Source of the DNA: a virus
Reading direction: 5' to 3' (one strand)
Virus record (IMG/VR): IMGVR_UViG_3300050821_002957
Location: 15,192-79,191 of that record
DNA: 64,000 nt
Shown here: in pieces, positions 36,108 through 45,473 of the stretch
Layout: each line of letters opens with the position of its first letter
Numbering within the stretch: the first letter of the stretch is position 1
The notes under the pieces: generated by a model
Database searches by the model: none
The model's input: only the letters and a program-made list of their open reading frames with translations
Told to the model about the DNA's origin: nothing
Position numbers and translations under genes: made by a program

Positions 36108-37187
36108 TTAGCTTGTAATCTCTATTCCAAATTCTGCGTCGTTCAAATCCACCAATGCCCACGGAGCCGATGTCGCAGGATTGTACTCCCAGATGTCTCC
36201 CATGTACGTGTATGAAGAGTAACAAACAAAATCTGGACCTTGATAATTGGTAGATCCTAATCTTAGCAAGGGACAGACGCTTCGGCTTCCCGTATTGTCC
36301 CGTCTCACTGACATGTGTTCTTGAACTGCAAAAATATTGCCAGTGATAGCAAAAGGAGTGATCGAATAAAGATCGATTGCACCCACGTTTCCATTGTAAT
36401 TATATAGTCCAGTCTCTACGTAGTTCGTCACACCATCGACGTTCAAAGCATTGACAGAGCCAGTAGAACGTAAGAAATCATTTTCGTATCCATCTGCATC
36501 AGGATAGTTCGTCTGGACTCTGACCTCTCCTAAGAAAGTCGTGTGTCTTAGACCATCGTTAGGGTCGATCATGTAAAAATCATCGACAATCACGGATGGT
36601 CCAAGTCCACCCATTTGAGACAAGTGAAAAATATTCCAAGTTGGATTGCTACTCTGTTGTGTTGTGATGCCGCCGACATTGCATAAAGTTGCTCCATCGA
36701 CACGAATTTCTACGCTGCCAGGACTACCGACTGTAATTGCAATTTCGATATAAAACCACAATGTCAAAGGAGGGACAAATGTGGTTGTTGCTAGAATCGT
36801 ATCTGTAATTTGATCGCCATAGCCGGTCCTAACTTCGATCACATAAGTTGTAGGGTTAACCCACACCGAACACTGAATTGTTTCTACTGATGACTGAAAG
36901 TCACCCAAAAACATAAATGGCTCAGTGATGCCGCTATTGAAACCCTGAAAAGAATTAATCAAAACCGCAAATCCTACGATCACACCGGCACGGCTTGACG
37001 TAAATTGTTTATGAAGTCCATTCTGGATACCTTCGGTCGTACCAGTGCTTGAACCAAGAGACACACAACCACCGCCCCATCTTCCCACACCACCGTTTAT
37101 GGCATTCGTCGCTTGATCCCATAGACGACCACCAGGACCATAGACGTTTTGTGTGAAATCGAACCCATCAAAGAAAATTATGCTCAT
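36108..37187 (-). CDS. fibre/receptor-binding-like protein (family B, copy 1 of 3)
   Basis: MSIIFFDGFDF... N-terminus and a conserved C-terminus ...W.LVDLN.A.FGI.ITS shared by the three copies. Confidence 0.5.
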   Translation of the reverse strand: MSIIFFDGFDFTQNVYGPGGRLWDQATNAINGGVGRWGGGCVSLGSSTGTTEGIQNGLHKQFTSSRAGVIVGFAVLINSFQGFNSGITEPFMFLGDFQSSVETIQCSVWVNPTTYVIEVRTGYGDQITDTILATTTFVPPLTLWFYIEIAITVGSPGSVEIRVDGATLCNVGGITTQQSSNPTWNIFHLSQMGGLGPSVIVDDFYMIDPNDGLRHTTFLGEVRVQTNYPDADGYENDFLRSTGSVNALNVDGVTNYVETGLYNYNGNVGAIDLYSITPFAITGNIFAVQEHMSVRRDNTGSRSVCPLLRLGSTNYQGPDFVCYSSYTYMGDIWEYNPATSAPWALVDLNDAEFGIEITS

Positions 37188-37189
37188 AC

Positions 37190-38236
37190 TTAACTGGTGA
37201 TATCAATTCCAAATTGTGCTATGTTCAAATCCACCAAGTCCCACGGTACGTTGCCATTTGGATTGTTCTCCCAAATTTTTCCCGCCCAAGTATAAGTCGA
37301 ATAACATGGCACCGATGTACCTTGGTAGTTGGTCGAGGCAGTTCTGAGCAACGGAGCAATTTGTCGATTACCTACGTCGTCTTTTCGGAATGACAAATTC
37401 TCTTGAACCGCAAAAATGGTTCCTGAAATCGTAAAATTTCCAATTGAATAGAGATCAACTGCGCCAACCGTGCCGCTATAGTTGTAGACACCGTGCTCTG
37501 CATAATCAGTCGGAGTTGTGTTGACATTGGCCGAATTGTTAGTGCCAACCGAAGGAAAGAAATCATTTTCAAAACCATCGGCATCTGGGTATTGCGTCTG
37601 TACTCTGACTTCTCCCAAAAAATCTACATTATTCGTTGCGTCTGTTGTATCGATGATGTAAAGATCGTCAATCGAAATATTAGTGCTAAAGGATTGAAGC
37701 GAACTGAGGGCAATCTTGTTTGTAGAGGCATTGGTGCTTTTTTGGGTTTGTACGCCGGTCACCGTAATCTGTGGCGTTCCAGCTACGTTAATTTGAAAGC
37801 TGCCGGGATTTCCAATTTGCATCTTTACTTCGATATAAAACCATAGAGTAAGAGGCGGAACGAAACCTGAATCACCAAGTGTCGAATCACCGAGATTTTG
37901 TCCTAACTCCTGACGTACTGTGATTGTGTTCGTTGTGGGATCAACCCAAAGCGAACACTGTGGAGTTGTACCATCAAAGAAAGCAAGAAATGGCTTGTTA
38001 ATTCCACTGAAATTTGCTACATTCATTGCGAAACCAACAATCACTTCACTTGAGCTAGTAAAAGTTTTGGTTGTCGGAGAATAACCGCCAGTTACACCAC
38101 CACTAGGCAACAAGCCTTGACCTCCAAAACGCCCACCTGTGACAAGACCGCCCGAACCTTGATCCCACTTGCGGCCACCAGGACCAAAACCAGCACTATT
38201 GTAAAAATCGAAACCATCAAAAAAGATAATTGACAT
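37190..38236 (-). CDS. fibre/receptor-binding-like protein (family B, copy 2)
   Basis: Tandem paralogue. Confidence 0.5.
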   Translation of the reverse strand: MSIIFFDGFDFYNSAGFGPGGRKWDQGSGGLVTGGRFGGQGLLPSGGVTGGYSPTTKTFTSSSEVIVGFAMNVANFSGINKPFLAFFDGTTPQCSLWVDPTTNTITVRQELGQNLGDSTLGDSGFVPPLTLWFYIEVKMQIGNPGSFQINVAGTPQITVTGVQTQKSTNASTNKIALSSLQSFSTNISIDDLYIIDTTDATNNVDFLGEVRVQTQYPDADGFENDFFPSVGTNNSANVNTTPTDYAEHGVYNYSGTVGAVDLYSIGNFTISGTIFAVQENLSFRKDDVGNRQIAPLLRTASTNYQGTSVPCYSTYTWAGKIWENNPNGNVPWDLVDLNIAQFGIDITS

Positions 38237-38239
38237 TGA

Positions 38240-39265
38240 TCACCCCACGATCTTAATTCCGGCGAAGCTGGCGTTCAACTCAGTGTTGGTCCATGTTCCC
38301 GCTGTGTTGGGATTTTGCTGCCATAATGTTTGTGCAACGCTATATTGACTTAAACAGGTCACTGAGCTACCCAAATATGTCGTGCTACCTGTATTAATAA
38401 GCGGAGCGATGACACGAGAACCTACGTCATCCTTTCTTTGTGTACAGTTTACCTGGACACCATAAATTGTTCCTGTTAGTGCCAGGGTTCCCATCGTATA
38501 GTTGTCGATGTTACCAACTACTGCCGAACGGATATAAGTTGCATCGTCATCGGCTACTGGACTATCATCGACAGCTTGATAGTTGCTCCCTGCTCCAAAG
38601 GCAGTAAAATCATTCTCATTACCGTTTGCTGTAGGATACTGCGTCTGGATTCGACATTCACCCAAGAAATCTGTATTGAACGATCCTGTGTCATTTAGAA
38701 CGTACAGATCATCGATCATGAATTCAAAAGCGCCACTACTACCGAACGGTTGAAGGCGAATCGAATTGACATAATTGTTGCCAGTGTATTTTGTGTTGAG
38801 ACCTGTGGCGTTTAAATAAGTTGAACCATTGAGGCGAATCTGAACGTAGCCACTGGAATTATTAATGAACACTTTGATTTCCATATAGTTCCAGAAACCA
38901 AACGTAAATAGACCAGGAAGGCTCGTCGCAATGGTTGTACCGTTTCTTGTGACCTGAAAACCGGCATCACTAGTCACTCGAACATCTACTTGCGTAATCG
39001 GACTACTTGGACTGCCTGTTCCATCACCAAAAACGATAATAGGATTCGTCGGATCACCATATGCCAACGAAAAAGCTACACCCAAAACCACAGTCGATGA
39101 ATTAGCGATTGGTGTGGCAAGATACCCAGGTTGATTGTTCCAACCATATCCCATTCCACCAAAACGTCCAGGCACAATGCTAAGACCATTTTGGTAATAA
39201 GGCCAGACACGCTGGACTTGTGATTGATTATAGTAATCGAATCCTGTCATGAATAGAAGAGACAT
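38240..39265 (-). CDS. fibre/receptor-binding-like protein (family B, copy 3, most divergent)
   Basis: Tandem paralogue. Confidence 0.5.
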   Translation of the reverse strand: MSLLFMTGFDYYNQSQVQRVWPYYQNGLSIVPGRFGGMGYGWNNQPGYLATPIANSSTVVLGVAFSLAYGDPTNPIIVFGDGTGSPSSPITQVDVRVTSDAGFQVTRNGTTIATSLPGLFTFGFWNYMEIKVFINNSSGYVQIRLNGSTYLNATGLNTKYTGNNYVNSIRLQPFGSSGAFEFMIDDLYVLNDTGSFNTDFLGECRIQTQYPTANGNENDFTAFGAGSNYQAVDDSPVADDDATYIRSAVVGNIDNYTMGTLALTGTIYGVQVNCTQRKDDVGSRVIAPLINTGSTTYLGSSVTCLSQYSVAQTLWQQNPNTAGTWTNTELNASFAGIKIVG

Positions 39266-39266
39266 G

Positions 39267-40328
39267 TTAGCTCCCTAATGCAAAGTCACGATGAATGTTA
39301 AATTTGATCGAAATCATCTCTGCATCGGCGGCAGCAGTATCGCCTGCACTTCTTGCAAATTTGAAGAAAAATTCATCACCCGGCTGCAAACTACCCAAGA
39401 ACAACGGAGTGATACGACTCTTTACAATTGTGTCTGCTACACCAGGGACCGTAGTCGTAATTGAGGCGATGCTACCAAATGTAAAATCGTCAGTGCTTCC
39501 CGGCGAAATATATCCAGTCTGGCATTGCCATGTGACTGTTCCTGTCGTTGCTGCTGTGCGCCAATAAATGTCGAGTGATACTGTATCTCCTACCCAGTCA
39601 TCCGGCCAATAAAAGTGATCTTGAACCCAATAGTTGTTTCCAGCCGTGAAAGCAGCGACCGCATAAATTTCACCGTTCGTGCCTGTATAAGGAACAGCGT
39701 TCGGGGCATTTGTCAGACCAAAAGAGAAACCTAGAACTGCATTGGACCCCTGAAAGATTGCACCCTTGTAAAAGACCGGATAGTTAATGTTGCCAGTCGC
39801 AGGCTCAATGCTAGTGATTCGACCAGTGGCATCTACGGTGATTGTATCGAATCGATTGAATCCACCATAGGTTCCGGCTGTGACTCCGTTCGGCTTCAGA
39901 TACAAATTGGAAAACAATCCGCCGATGGTCGATCCACCTGCCTGATCGTTCTGCATGACAACGTTTCCAAAGTTCGCACCAAGACCAGCTTCAATCGCTT
40001 TGATTTCTGCGGCGATTTGATTGTGATGATAGGCCAACACGTAGCCCTTTACCGGAGCGTTTTGACCGTGGCTTGTGGGAGAAGTAAGATTATAACCACG
40101 AGTGCAACTCATCATGACGTTGCCAGAAATAGATCCTACAAGAATAATTTCGGTGTCAATCTGGACAAGACATGGAGCATTGTACTTCGTGCCATCGACA
40201 ACAGTAAACTGTGTCTGGGAGCCATCAATCGAGAACGTCAGATAACTAAGCGCACGATTAGCTGCGACAGTCAAGTTAATATCAGCGGCAACACCAGCAG
40301 GGAAAATTGGATTTTGTGGATTTGGCAT
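39267..40328 (-). CDS. tail fibre protein (family E N-terminus), immediately downstream of the small terminase gene
   Basis: N-terminal domain shared with the protein encoded at 25558-26535; GVTAGTYGGFNRFDTITVDATGRITSIE fibre motif. Confidence 0.55.
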   Translation of the reverse strand: MPNPQNPIFPAGVAADINLTVAANRALSYLTFSIDGSQTQFTVVDGTKYNAPCLVQIDTEIILVGSISGNVMMSCTRGYNLTSPTSHGQNAPVKGYVLAYHHNQIAAEIKAIEAGLGANFGNVVMQNDQAGGSTIGGLFSNLYLKPNGVTAGTYGGFNRFDTITVDATGRITSIEPATGNINYPVFYKGAIFQGSNAVLGFSFGLTNAPNAVPYTGTNGEIYAVAAFTAGNNYWVQDHFYWPDDWVGDTVSLDIYWRTAATTGTVTWQCQTGYISPGSTDDFTFGSIASITTTVPGVADTIVKSRITPLFLGSLQPGDEFFFKFARSAGDTAAADAEMISIKFNIHRDFALGS

Positions 40329-40330
40329 TT

Positions 40331-40828
40331 TTATTCTTCATCCGTATTTAGGGTCTCTGAAGTAACGTCAATGACCCGAAGAGCATCTTTCAAAGCTCCG
40401 TTAGCATTCAGTTCTTTCATCTGCTTCAATAATTCTCCGGTCGAACCGATAAATACAGCATTATTCTGCGTAATAGTATCTCCACCCGACTTCCCAGATT
40501 CACGTTCAATCTCTTTCTTGGTTTTCCGTAGACCAATCAGAGCCAAAGCAGTATCTCGGGCTTCTTTTTGTGCCATTGCTGCTGCTTCGACAGACCTAGA
40601 GTCCTGTTTTTCTTTGGCAAAAAAATTGGCATTATCTACCAATTCATTTCCCTTTTCTACTAGATTGTGAAGTGTGCGACGAGCGACATCAAAATCGTAT
40701 TCCATGTCCTTGTCGTCATTGCCGGTAGAGACAACTTCAGCAGGTTGGACGGTTACAATCTCTTGTGAGGCTGGCGAAGGTTCCAAATTAAAAGTGGCAT
40801 CAAGTTTTTCATTCACTGTTGGTTTCAT
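40331..40828 (-). CDS. 16: terminase small subunit, T4 gp16-like
   Basis: DDKDMEYDFDVARRTLHNLVEKGNELVD and NAVFIGSTGELLKQMKE parallel T4 gp16 [24 protein letters not shown] and NATVFMGSPTELMDEIGD. Similar size (165 aa) and an acidic C-terminus. Confidence 0.55.
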   Translation of the reverse strand: MKPTVNEKLDATFNLEPSPASQEIVTVQPAEVVSTGNDDKDMEYDFDVARRTLHNLVEKGNELVDNANFFAKEKQDSRSVEAAAMAQKEARDTALALIGLRKTKKEIERESGKSGGDTITQNNAVFIGSTGELLKQMKELNANGALKDALRVIDVTSETLNTDEE

Positions 40829-40830
40829 AA

Positions 40831-41304
40831 TTACATTGGTCTGATCTGGACCGTAACTTCTAAAACTCCTGCTGAGAGCGTGCTTAACAAAGCTCCTGTG
40901 CTCGTGAAGTATGCAGCCAAATCATGTGCTCCGTTAAAATATAATCCTGTCACCGGGGCGAATGATTCACTTTCTCCCAGACTCAAATTATTTGCGGGAG
41001 GGCCGGATTGTGAAAATGCTGTCGGTGTGACAAACTGAGTTAGTTCCATCGACAAGCCATAATAATTCAAATTTGAAAGAATCGTGTTAGGAACGAATGC
41101 TGCCAAAGTGACCGTTAGACTAGAAAGTCCAGCGGCAGCGAACGAGGTAAGCAGGCGCATATTTGTTCCACAGACCACGTAGTTAATGGGTAGACCAACG
41201 ATCAGAAATGAAAAAGTATTTTGAGGCGTCGAAAGGGCTGTGTACGGAATATTCGTCTTGTATTCGATGATCTCGTTAGGAGGTACTGTAGGAAGAGTTA
41301 TCAT
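40831..41304 (-). CDS. small protein, family F copy 3 (start taken at MITLPT so that it overlaps the upstream gene by ATGA)
   Basis: FLIVGLPINYVVCGTNMRLLTSFAAAGLSS parallels the two genes immediately upstream of it. Confidence 0.45.
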   Translation of the reverse strand: MITLPTVPPNEIIEYKTNIPYTALSTPQNTFSFLIVGLPINYVVCGTNMRLLTSFAAAGLSSLTVTLAAFVPNTILSNLNYYGLSMELTQFVTPTAFSQSGPPANNLSLGESESFAPVTGLYFNGAHDLAAYFTSTGALLSTLSAGVLEVTVQIRPM

Positions 41305-41813
41305 AATGCTGTATATTGAGTCGTAATCTCGACCACCCCACCAGAGACTTGAGAAATATTTGGGCCACCTGCTACCATGACTCTTGCAATTACGTCGTGT
41401 GCATCCAATCTTTGTGGAAGGCACAATGCACTATTGATGGTAGTATTCGATCCCGGAGTAGCGAGACTAAACCAACGAAAAGACCCATATTCATAGCTAT
41501 CGCCTGAACCACTAGGAACCGTAAGCAGACCGCTGCCATACAAATTATTGACATTGGTTACATAAGGTGATCCTGAAAGCGGAAGGTTATTCGACTCTCC
41601 CACATAAATCGTCACATTATTGGTTGTGCCTGCATCGAAATTTTCCAAAGTTACAATTTTTACGCCTAAGACAATATGATTTGCTGGGATACCAAACAAC
41701 AAAAAATCCTGAAACAAATTTGTCGATGTAAAGTTTGTTCCCTGTGAAAGAACAACTTTGTGCGTATAGACTGTCGAGTGACCTAGTACAGGTAAGTTCA
41801 TACTGATCTCCAT
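41301..41813 (-). CDS. small protein, family F copy 2
   Basis: FLLFGIPANHIVLGVKIVTLENFDAGTTNNVTI; C-terminal ...GGVVEITTQY. Confidence 0.45.
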   Translation of the reverse strand: MEISMNLPVLGHSTVYTHKVVLSQGTNFTSTNLFQDFLLFGIPANHIVLGVKIVTLENFDAGTTNNVTIYVGESNNLPLSGSPYVTNVNNLYGSGLLTVPSGSGDSYEYGSFRWFSLATPGSNTTINSALCLPQRLDAHDVIARVMVAGGPNISQVSGGVVEITTQYTAL

Positions 41814-42247
41814 AGAACGGTGATCAATATCTCACCGGCTGTCAATGACGCTAACTGAGCACCAAAGGTATTTACGGTCGCTGTGACATCATGTGGATTT
41901 TCTGTATAAGAAGAAAATGGCGTCCAATACATGAAAGTTTTAGGACTCACCGTCTGAACGAGACCAAAAGCTGGTGCATAATAGTTTGCAACTGACGTAG
42001 AAGCGATATTGTCGGTCGCTCCGATAGTCACGTTAGCAGAACTTAGACCGGACCCTGCAAATTCAGTGACAAGTTTAACCATCACACCGACGACAACAGA
42101 TTGAGCAGGAAGTCCAAAAATCGTATACGACTGTGTAGTGGCTGTGGCCGTGAAACTTACAGGCGCAGGCGGATTTTGGCGCAGAACATAATCAAACCTC
42201 TGCGTATTGCCCGGAATTCTCGAAATAGTTTGTGTTGTCGTAGGCAT
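41798..42247 (-). CDS. small protein, family F copy 1
   Basis: TIFGLPAQSVVVGVMVKLVTEFAGSGLSSANVTI; C-terminal LTAGEILITVLWR. Confidence 0.45.
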   Translation of the reverse strand: MPTTTQTISRIPGNTQRFDYVLRQNPPAPVSFTATATTQSYTIFGLPAQSVVVGVMVKLVTEFAGSGLSSANVTIGATDNIASTSVANYYAPAFGLVQTVSPKTFMYWTPFSSYTENPHDVTATVNTFGAQLASLTAGEILITVLWRSV

Positions 42248-42253
42248 GAAATC

Positions 42254-42598
42254 TTAGCTTGTCTCCAGAGTTGCCAGAACGAGTTCAAGAGCTTGATACG
42301 TTCCGCACTGTGCTCTGATTTTGTCACCTGGAGAAAGAACAATTTTTCCAGTTAAGACGCCGATGGAACTTTGCGCCGGGACAGGAACTTGATAGGCAAG
42401 CCTCGTCACTGCGTTTCCATTACTAGAATCTGTCCATAAAACTGTGATTACGTCTGCACGGCTGGTTACGTTTGCGACTTGAATCGTCATGACAACCGAA
42501 GCTGTTACGTTACCGGCTGTGTTTGTAGACGGGCATGTATAGACATCGGTAAGTGAAACATTGCAGATTTGGCCTGCATTTACAAAGGTATTTGGCAT
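42254..42598 (-). CDS. hypothetical small structural protein
   Basis: 114-aa beta-rich ORF. Confidence 0.4.
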   Translation of the reverse strand: MPNTFVNAGQICNVSLTDVYTCPSTNTAGNVTASVVMTIQVANVTSRADVITVLWTDSSNGNAVTRLAYQVPVPAQSSIGVLTGKIVLSPGDKIRAQCGTYQALELVLATLETS

Positions 42599-42620
42599 GT
42601 GTTTTGAGTCCTCTTTCTTT

Positions 42621-43043
42621 TTACGATAGTGCCGTGATTAAAGCGACAGTATCACTTAGCATCTCATTGATGAATGTCGATGAGATCGCAAATTCTGTTC
42701 TTGATGCTCCTGGGTTGTCAGTCAAAGTAAAATCTGTGCTGAAGTTAATAGTGTTTTCAGCCGGAAGGGGAACAGTATTTGATTCAATCGTCTGAATTCC
42801 ACCAGACTCAGACAAAGCATTAAGTTTAGTTTTGTCGCTAGTAGACATGAATCCCGGAGTCATCGTGGTTGCATTGGGGTGCGTATGAACTTTTAGAGCC
42901 AACGGTACGCCACCAGCCGTTACGCCATCACCAATTACCGCTGTGGTTGCTACAGTGTCAACAACAAGTTCTCCTAGTTCGAGTACGAGCGTTGAGAGTT
43001 GGGTTGTCGTGAACCTTCTTTTTCTTACAACTTGATTGGACAT
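42621..43043 (-). CDS. short fibre-like protein with the family A N-terminal motif
   Basis: RKRRFTTTQLSTLVLELGELVVDT...GDGVTAGG...HTHPNATTMTPGFMSTSDKTKLN. Confidence 0.5.
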   Translation of the reverse strand: MSNQVVRKRRFTTTQLSTLVLELGELVVDTVATTAVIGDGVTAGGVPLALKVHTHPNATTMTPGFMSTSDKTKLNALSESGGIQTIESNTVPLPAENTINFSTDFTLTDNPGASRTEFAISSTFINEMLSDTVALITALS

Positions 43044-43059
43044 ATTTTTCCTTTCCTAT

Positions 43060-44112
43060 TTAGGGATTGAGCACGAGAGTAACTGAATTATTTTGTCGTG
43101 GATCTTGAACCGAAACAAACGTGATCGTAATAGTCTCCTGGGTGGCTCTAATACCCGTTCCAGCGGTGTACCTGAACGTGTTATGAACCGAATCTATGGA
43201 GTATGTATCGTTGCCAGATTGGGTCGTTGTTGGAACATCTGCCGTAAAAGCGATATTCGTTGCATTGACGATAGTGATCTGAAAAACCTGCGACTGACCG
43301 CCCGACAAAGTAACTGTCGAAGGTGTGACCAAAACAAGAACAGTAGTTTCTGTGATCGATGTCGTTCCATCTATAACAGCTATTGCATCTGAATTTGGTG
43401 GGTAAGCGATAATTGTCTGTGAAGGAAGCGATGCACCTTGAGTTGCTGTACCACCATCCACATTGAAACGAATCTGAGTCTCAAGGTTTACCATTGTCAT
43501 CTTGACTGGAGGGTAGAGATACGCCTTCGCCGTAAAATTTAGAGTCCATGTAATCATTCGACGATCAAACTGCCCTTCATAGTTGTCTTCCTGAACAATG
43601 TTGCCGCCAAAAAGAAGAACGATGTCTTTTTCTAGATTTAACGCTGGCATATCGTTCACATGGATCGTATAGTCTGGTGTGAAAAATGGAACGATCTGCT
43701 CGACAATCTGAAGACCATCTTCAAACGTCTTTGTCATGATATGGAGATCAATTCCGATGTTGTACGGAACTGGGTTGTACTGAGCGTTCAAGACACCACG
43801 ATTCCCCATGATGGCCTGAACGGTTCGACCAGTACTCGTGATTTTGCGGGAGGGATCGTACTGATAGCTTGTGATTTCATAACTCATGCGTGGCAAAATC
43901 ATTTCAGGCTGGTCATTTACTCCAGGCATTGGGTTCTGCGTATTACGAATGAACCATTTTTCCTTCGGCCCGTATTCACACGGAACCTCAATAGTCTGGT
44001 AGACCGTTCCATCAGCATTCATTCTGGCAATATGAAGATCAGAAAAGACCACACCGAAAGACTCGACAATCTTTCGGATACTTCCCCAATAAAATGGTGC
44101 ATTCTGTAGCAT
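43060..44112 (-). CDS. 15: tail sheath stabiliser / tail completion protein, T4 gp15 family, with a ~100-aa Ig-like C-terminal extension
   Basis: FEDGLQIVEQIVPFFTPDYT...RRMITWTLNFTAKAYLYPPV corresponds to T4 gp15 DDMFQIVEQILPYFQPHFN...RRRIEWSLTFEVNGWMYPPV. Confidence 0.75.
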   Translation of the reverse strand: MLQNAPFYWGSIRKIVESFGVVFSDLHIARMNADGTVYQTIEVPCEYGPKEKWFIRNTQNPMPGVNDQPEMILPRMSYEITSYQYDPSRKITSTGRTVQAIMGNRGVLNAQYNPVPYNIGIDLHIMTKTFEDGLQIVEQIVPFFTPDYTIHVNDMPALNLEKDIVLLFGGNIVQEDNYEGQFDRRMITWTLNFTAKAYLYPPVKMTMVNLETQIRFNVDGGTATQGASLPSQTIIAYPPNSDAIAVIDGTTSITETTVLVLVTPSTVTLSGGQSQVFQITIVNATNIAFTADVPTTTQSGNDTYSIDSVHNTFRYTAGTGIRATQETITITFVSVQDPRQNNSVTLVLNP

Positions 44113-44846
44113 TAGATCGGGTCTCCAAAAATATTCTTCTCAGTCGTACTGGTCTGCGGTGTGGAACCTGACGGAGGATTAAGATTTACCGTCGATTTGT
44201 CAGTAAGGTTTGTCGTCGCTCTAGTCTTGAGTGTGTTATTGTCGGCCAGCGGATCGTTCGCCACACTATCAATATTTTCAAAGACTGACTGGACGGCATC
44301 GATTGCAGGCACGCCCGTCGAAAACTTTTCGCTAGAGTAGTCAAACTTCTGGACATCGACACGCCAAATGTAACGATAGCCAACCTGATAGAACACGCTT
44401 TCATGTTCCGTAAAATTGATTTGGAAGAGATCGTTAGTCAGTGGCAAATAAATCAAGCTGCCTTCCATCGGTCTCTGTTCTGGTAAAGTGTAATTCGTGA
44501 TCGGGACGTTGTTGAAGCCGTCTGATTTCGTCGCTTGATTAAATCTACGTCTCGACACGATGAAATTTGCTGTCTCACGCATTTCAAGACCAAACTTACT
44601 GATCATGTAACGGTCGCCGCCAAAACCTTCAGACGGATTGTCAAAGTACATCTCGATTGGGAAAGAAGTTTTGAACGTGACGAGAGGATCTTCACCGAAC
44701 ACTGGATCAAGTTTCCCTGGAGTGCGAGGAATGTAATAGACCTTCATTCCGTTGATTCGGATCGCTTCGACAATCAAATCTTCGACTAGACGTTGTTCGC
44801 CCTTGCCGCCGAGCGTATTGAAGTAGTGGTTGACATTTCTCGCCAT
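44112..44846 (-). CDS. 14: neck protein, T4 gp14 family
   Basis: GEDPLVTFKTSF and GSLIYLPLTNDLFQINFTEHESVFYQVG correspond to T4 gp14 GEDLKNKFTKAW and [28 protein letters not shown]. Confidence 0.8.
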   Translation of the reverse strand: MARNVNHYFNTLGGKGEQRLVEDLIVEAIRINGMKVYYIPRTPGKLDPVFGEDPLVTFKTSFPIEMYFDNPSEGFGGDRYMISKFGLEMRETANFIVSRRRFNQATKSDGFNNVPITNYTLPEQRPMEGSLIYLPLTNDLFQINFTEHESVFYQVGYRYIWRVDVQKFDYSSEKFSTGVPAIDAVQSVFENIDSVANDPLADNNTLKTRATTNLTDKSTVNLNPPSGSTPQTSTTEKNIFGDPI

Positions 44847-44859
44847 ATCTGCTATTTAG
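44830..44859 (+). promoter_or_regulatory. sigma70-like promoter for Tpt1 (TTGACA, 17 nt, TATTTA; ATG 6 nt downstream) overlapping the divergent minus-strand late CTAAATA motif for gp14
   Basis: TTGACA 44830-44835; TATTTA 44853-44858; the plus-strand TATTTAG at 44853-44859 is the reverse complement of CTAAATA, 6 nt from the gp14 ATG. Confidence 0.45.
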
Positions 44860-44863
44860 AGAT

Positions 44864-45406
44864 ATGAACAAAATTCAAATGAGCAAATTTTTGTCGTATG
44901 TGTTACGGCATAAACCAGATTCCATCGGCATCGTCCTGGACAAAGCCGGATGGATCGATATTGATGAATTGATTGAAAAAAGTATTGCAGATGGCAAAGC
45001 CTTGGACCGCCTGTTACTTTACGATATCGTGGCTGAAGACAACAAACAGCGCTACGCCATCAGCGAGGACGGAAAACGGATTCGAGCAAACCAGGGGCAC
45101 TCTGTAGAAGTCGATCTGGAATTAAAAGCTGCGATTCCTCCTGTCAAATTGTTCCACGGCACCTATGTGGAAGCGGTCGATACGATCCTAAAACAGGGAT
45201 TGAAAAAAATGAAGCGCCACCACGTTCATTTGTCTGCCGATCCTGAAACAGCGGGAAAAGTGGGAAGTCGGCGAGGAAAAGCCGTTGTACTTGAAATCAA
45301 CACCAAAGATATGGTGAAACGAGGCATCAAGTTCTTCATTACGGCAAACGGGGTATGGCTCACAGATTTTGTCGATCCTGAATTCATTTCAGTTCCAACA
45401 ACTTAG
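44864..45406 (+). CDS. kptA: RNA 2'-phosphotransferase, Tpt1/KptA family
   Basis: LSKFLSYVLRHKPDSIGIVLDKAGWIDIDEL...HGT...GLKKMKRHHVHLSAD...NGVWLTDFVDPEFI matches the KptA/Tpt1 signature throughout. Confidence 0.8.
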   Translation: MNKIQMSKFLSYVLRHKPDSIGIVLDKAGWIDIDELIEKSIADGKALDRLLLYDIVAEDNKQRYAISEDGKRIRANQGHSVEVDLELKAAIPPVKLFHGTYVEAVDTILKQGLKKMKRHHVHLSADPETAGKVGSRRGKAVVLEINTKDMVKRGIKFFITANGVWLTDFVDPEFISVPTT

Positions 45407-45438
45407 AGCCTTCCCCGAAAAAATTTTTACAAAAAGTG

Positions 45439-45467
45439 TTGACTTGATACATCAATCTTGCTAGGAT
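45439..45467 (+). promoter_or_regulatory. sigma70-like promoter (TTGACT, 17 nt, TAGGAT); the Ku ATG is 7 nt after the -10 (leaderless)
   Basis: TTGACT 45439-45444; TAGGAT 45462-45467; ATG at 45474; GATACATC motif inside the spacer. Confidence 0.55.
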
Positions 45468-45473
45468 GGGTTC

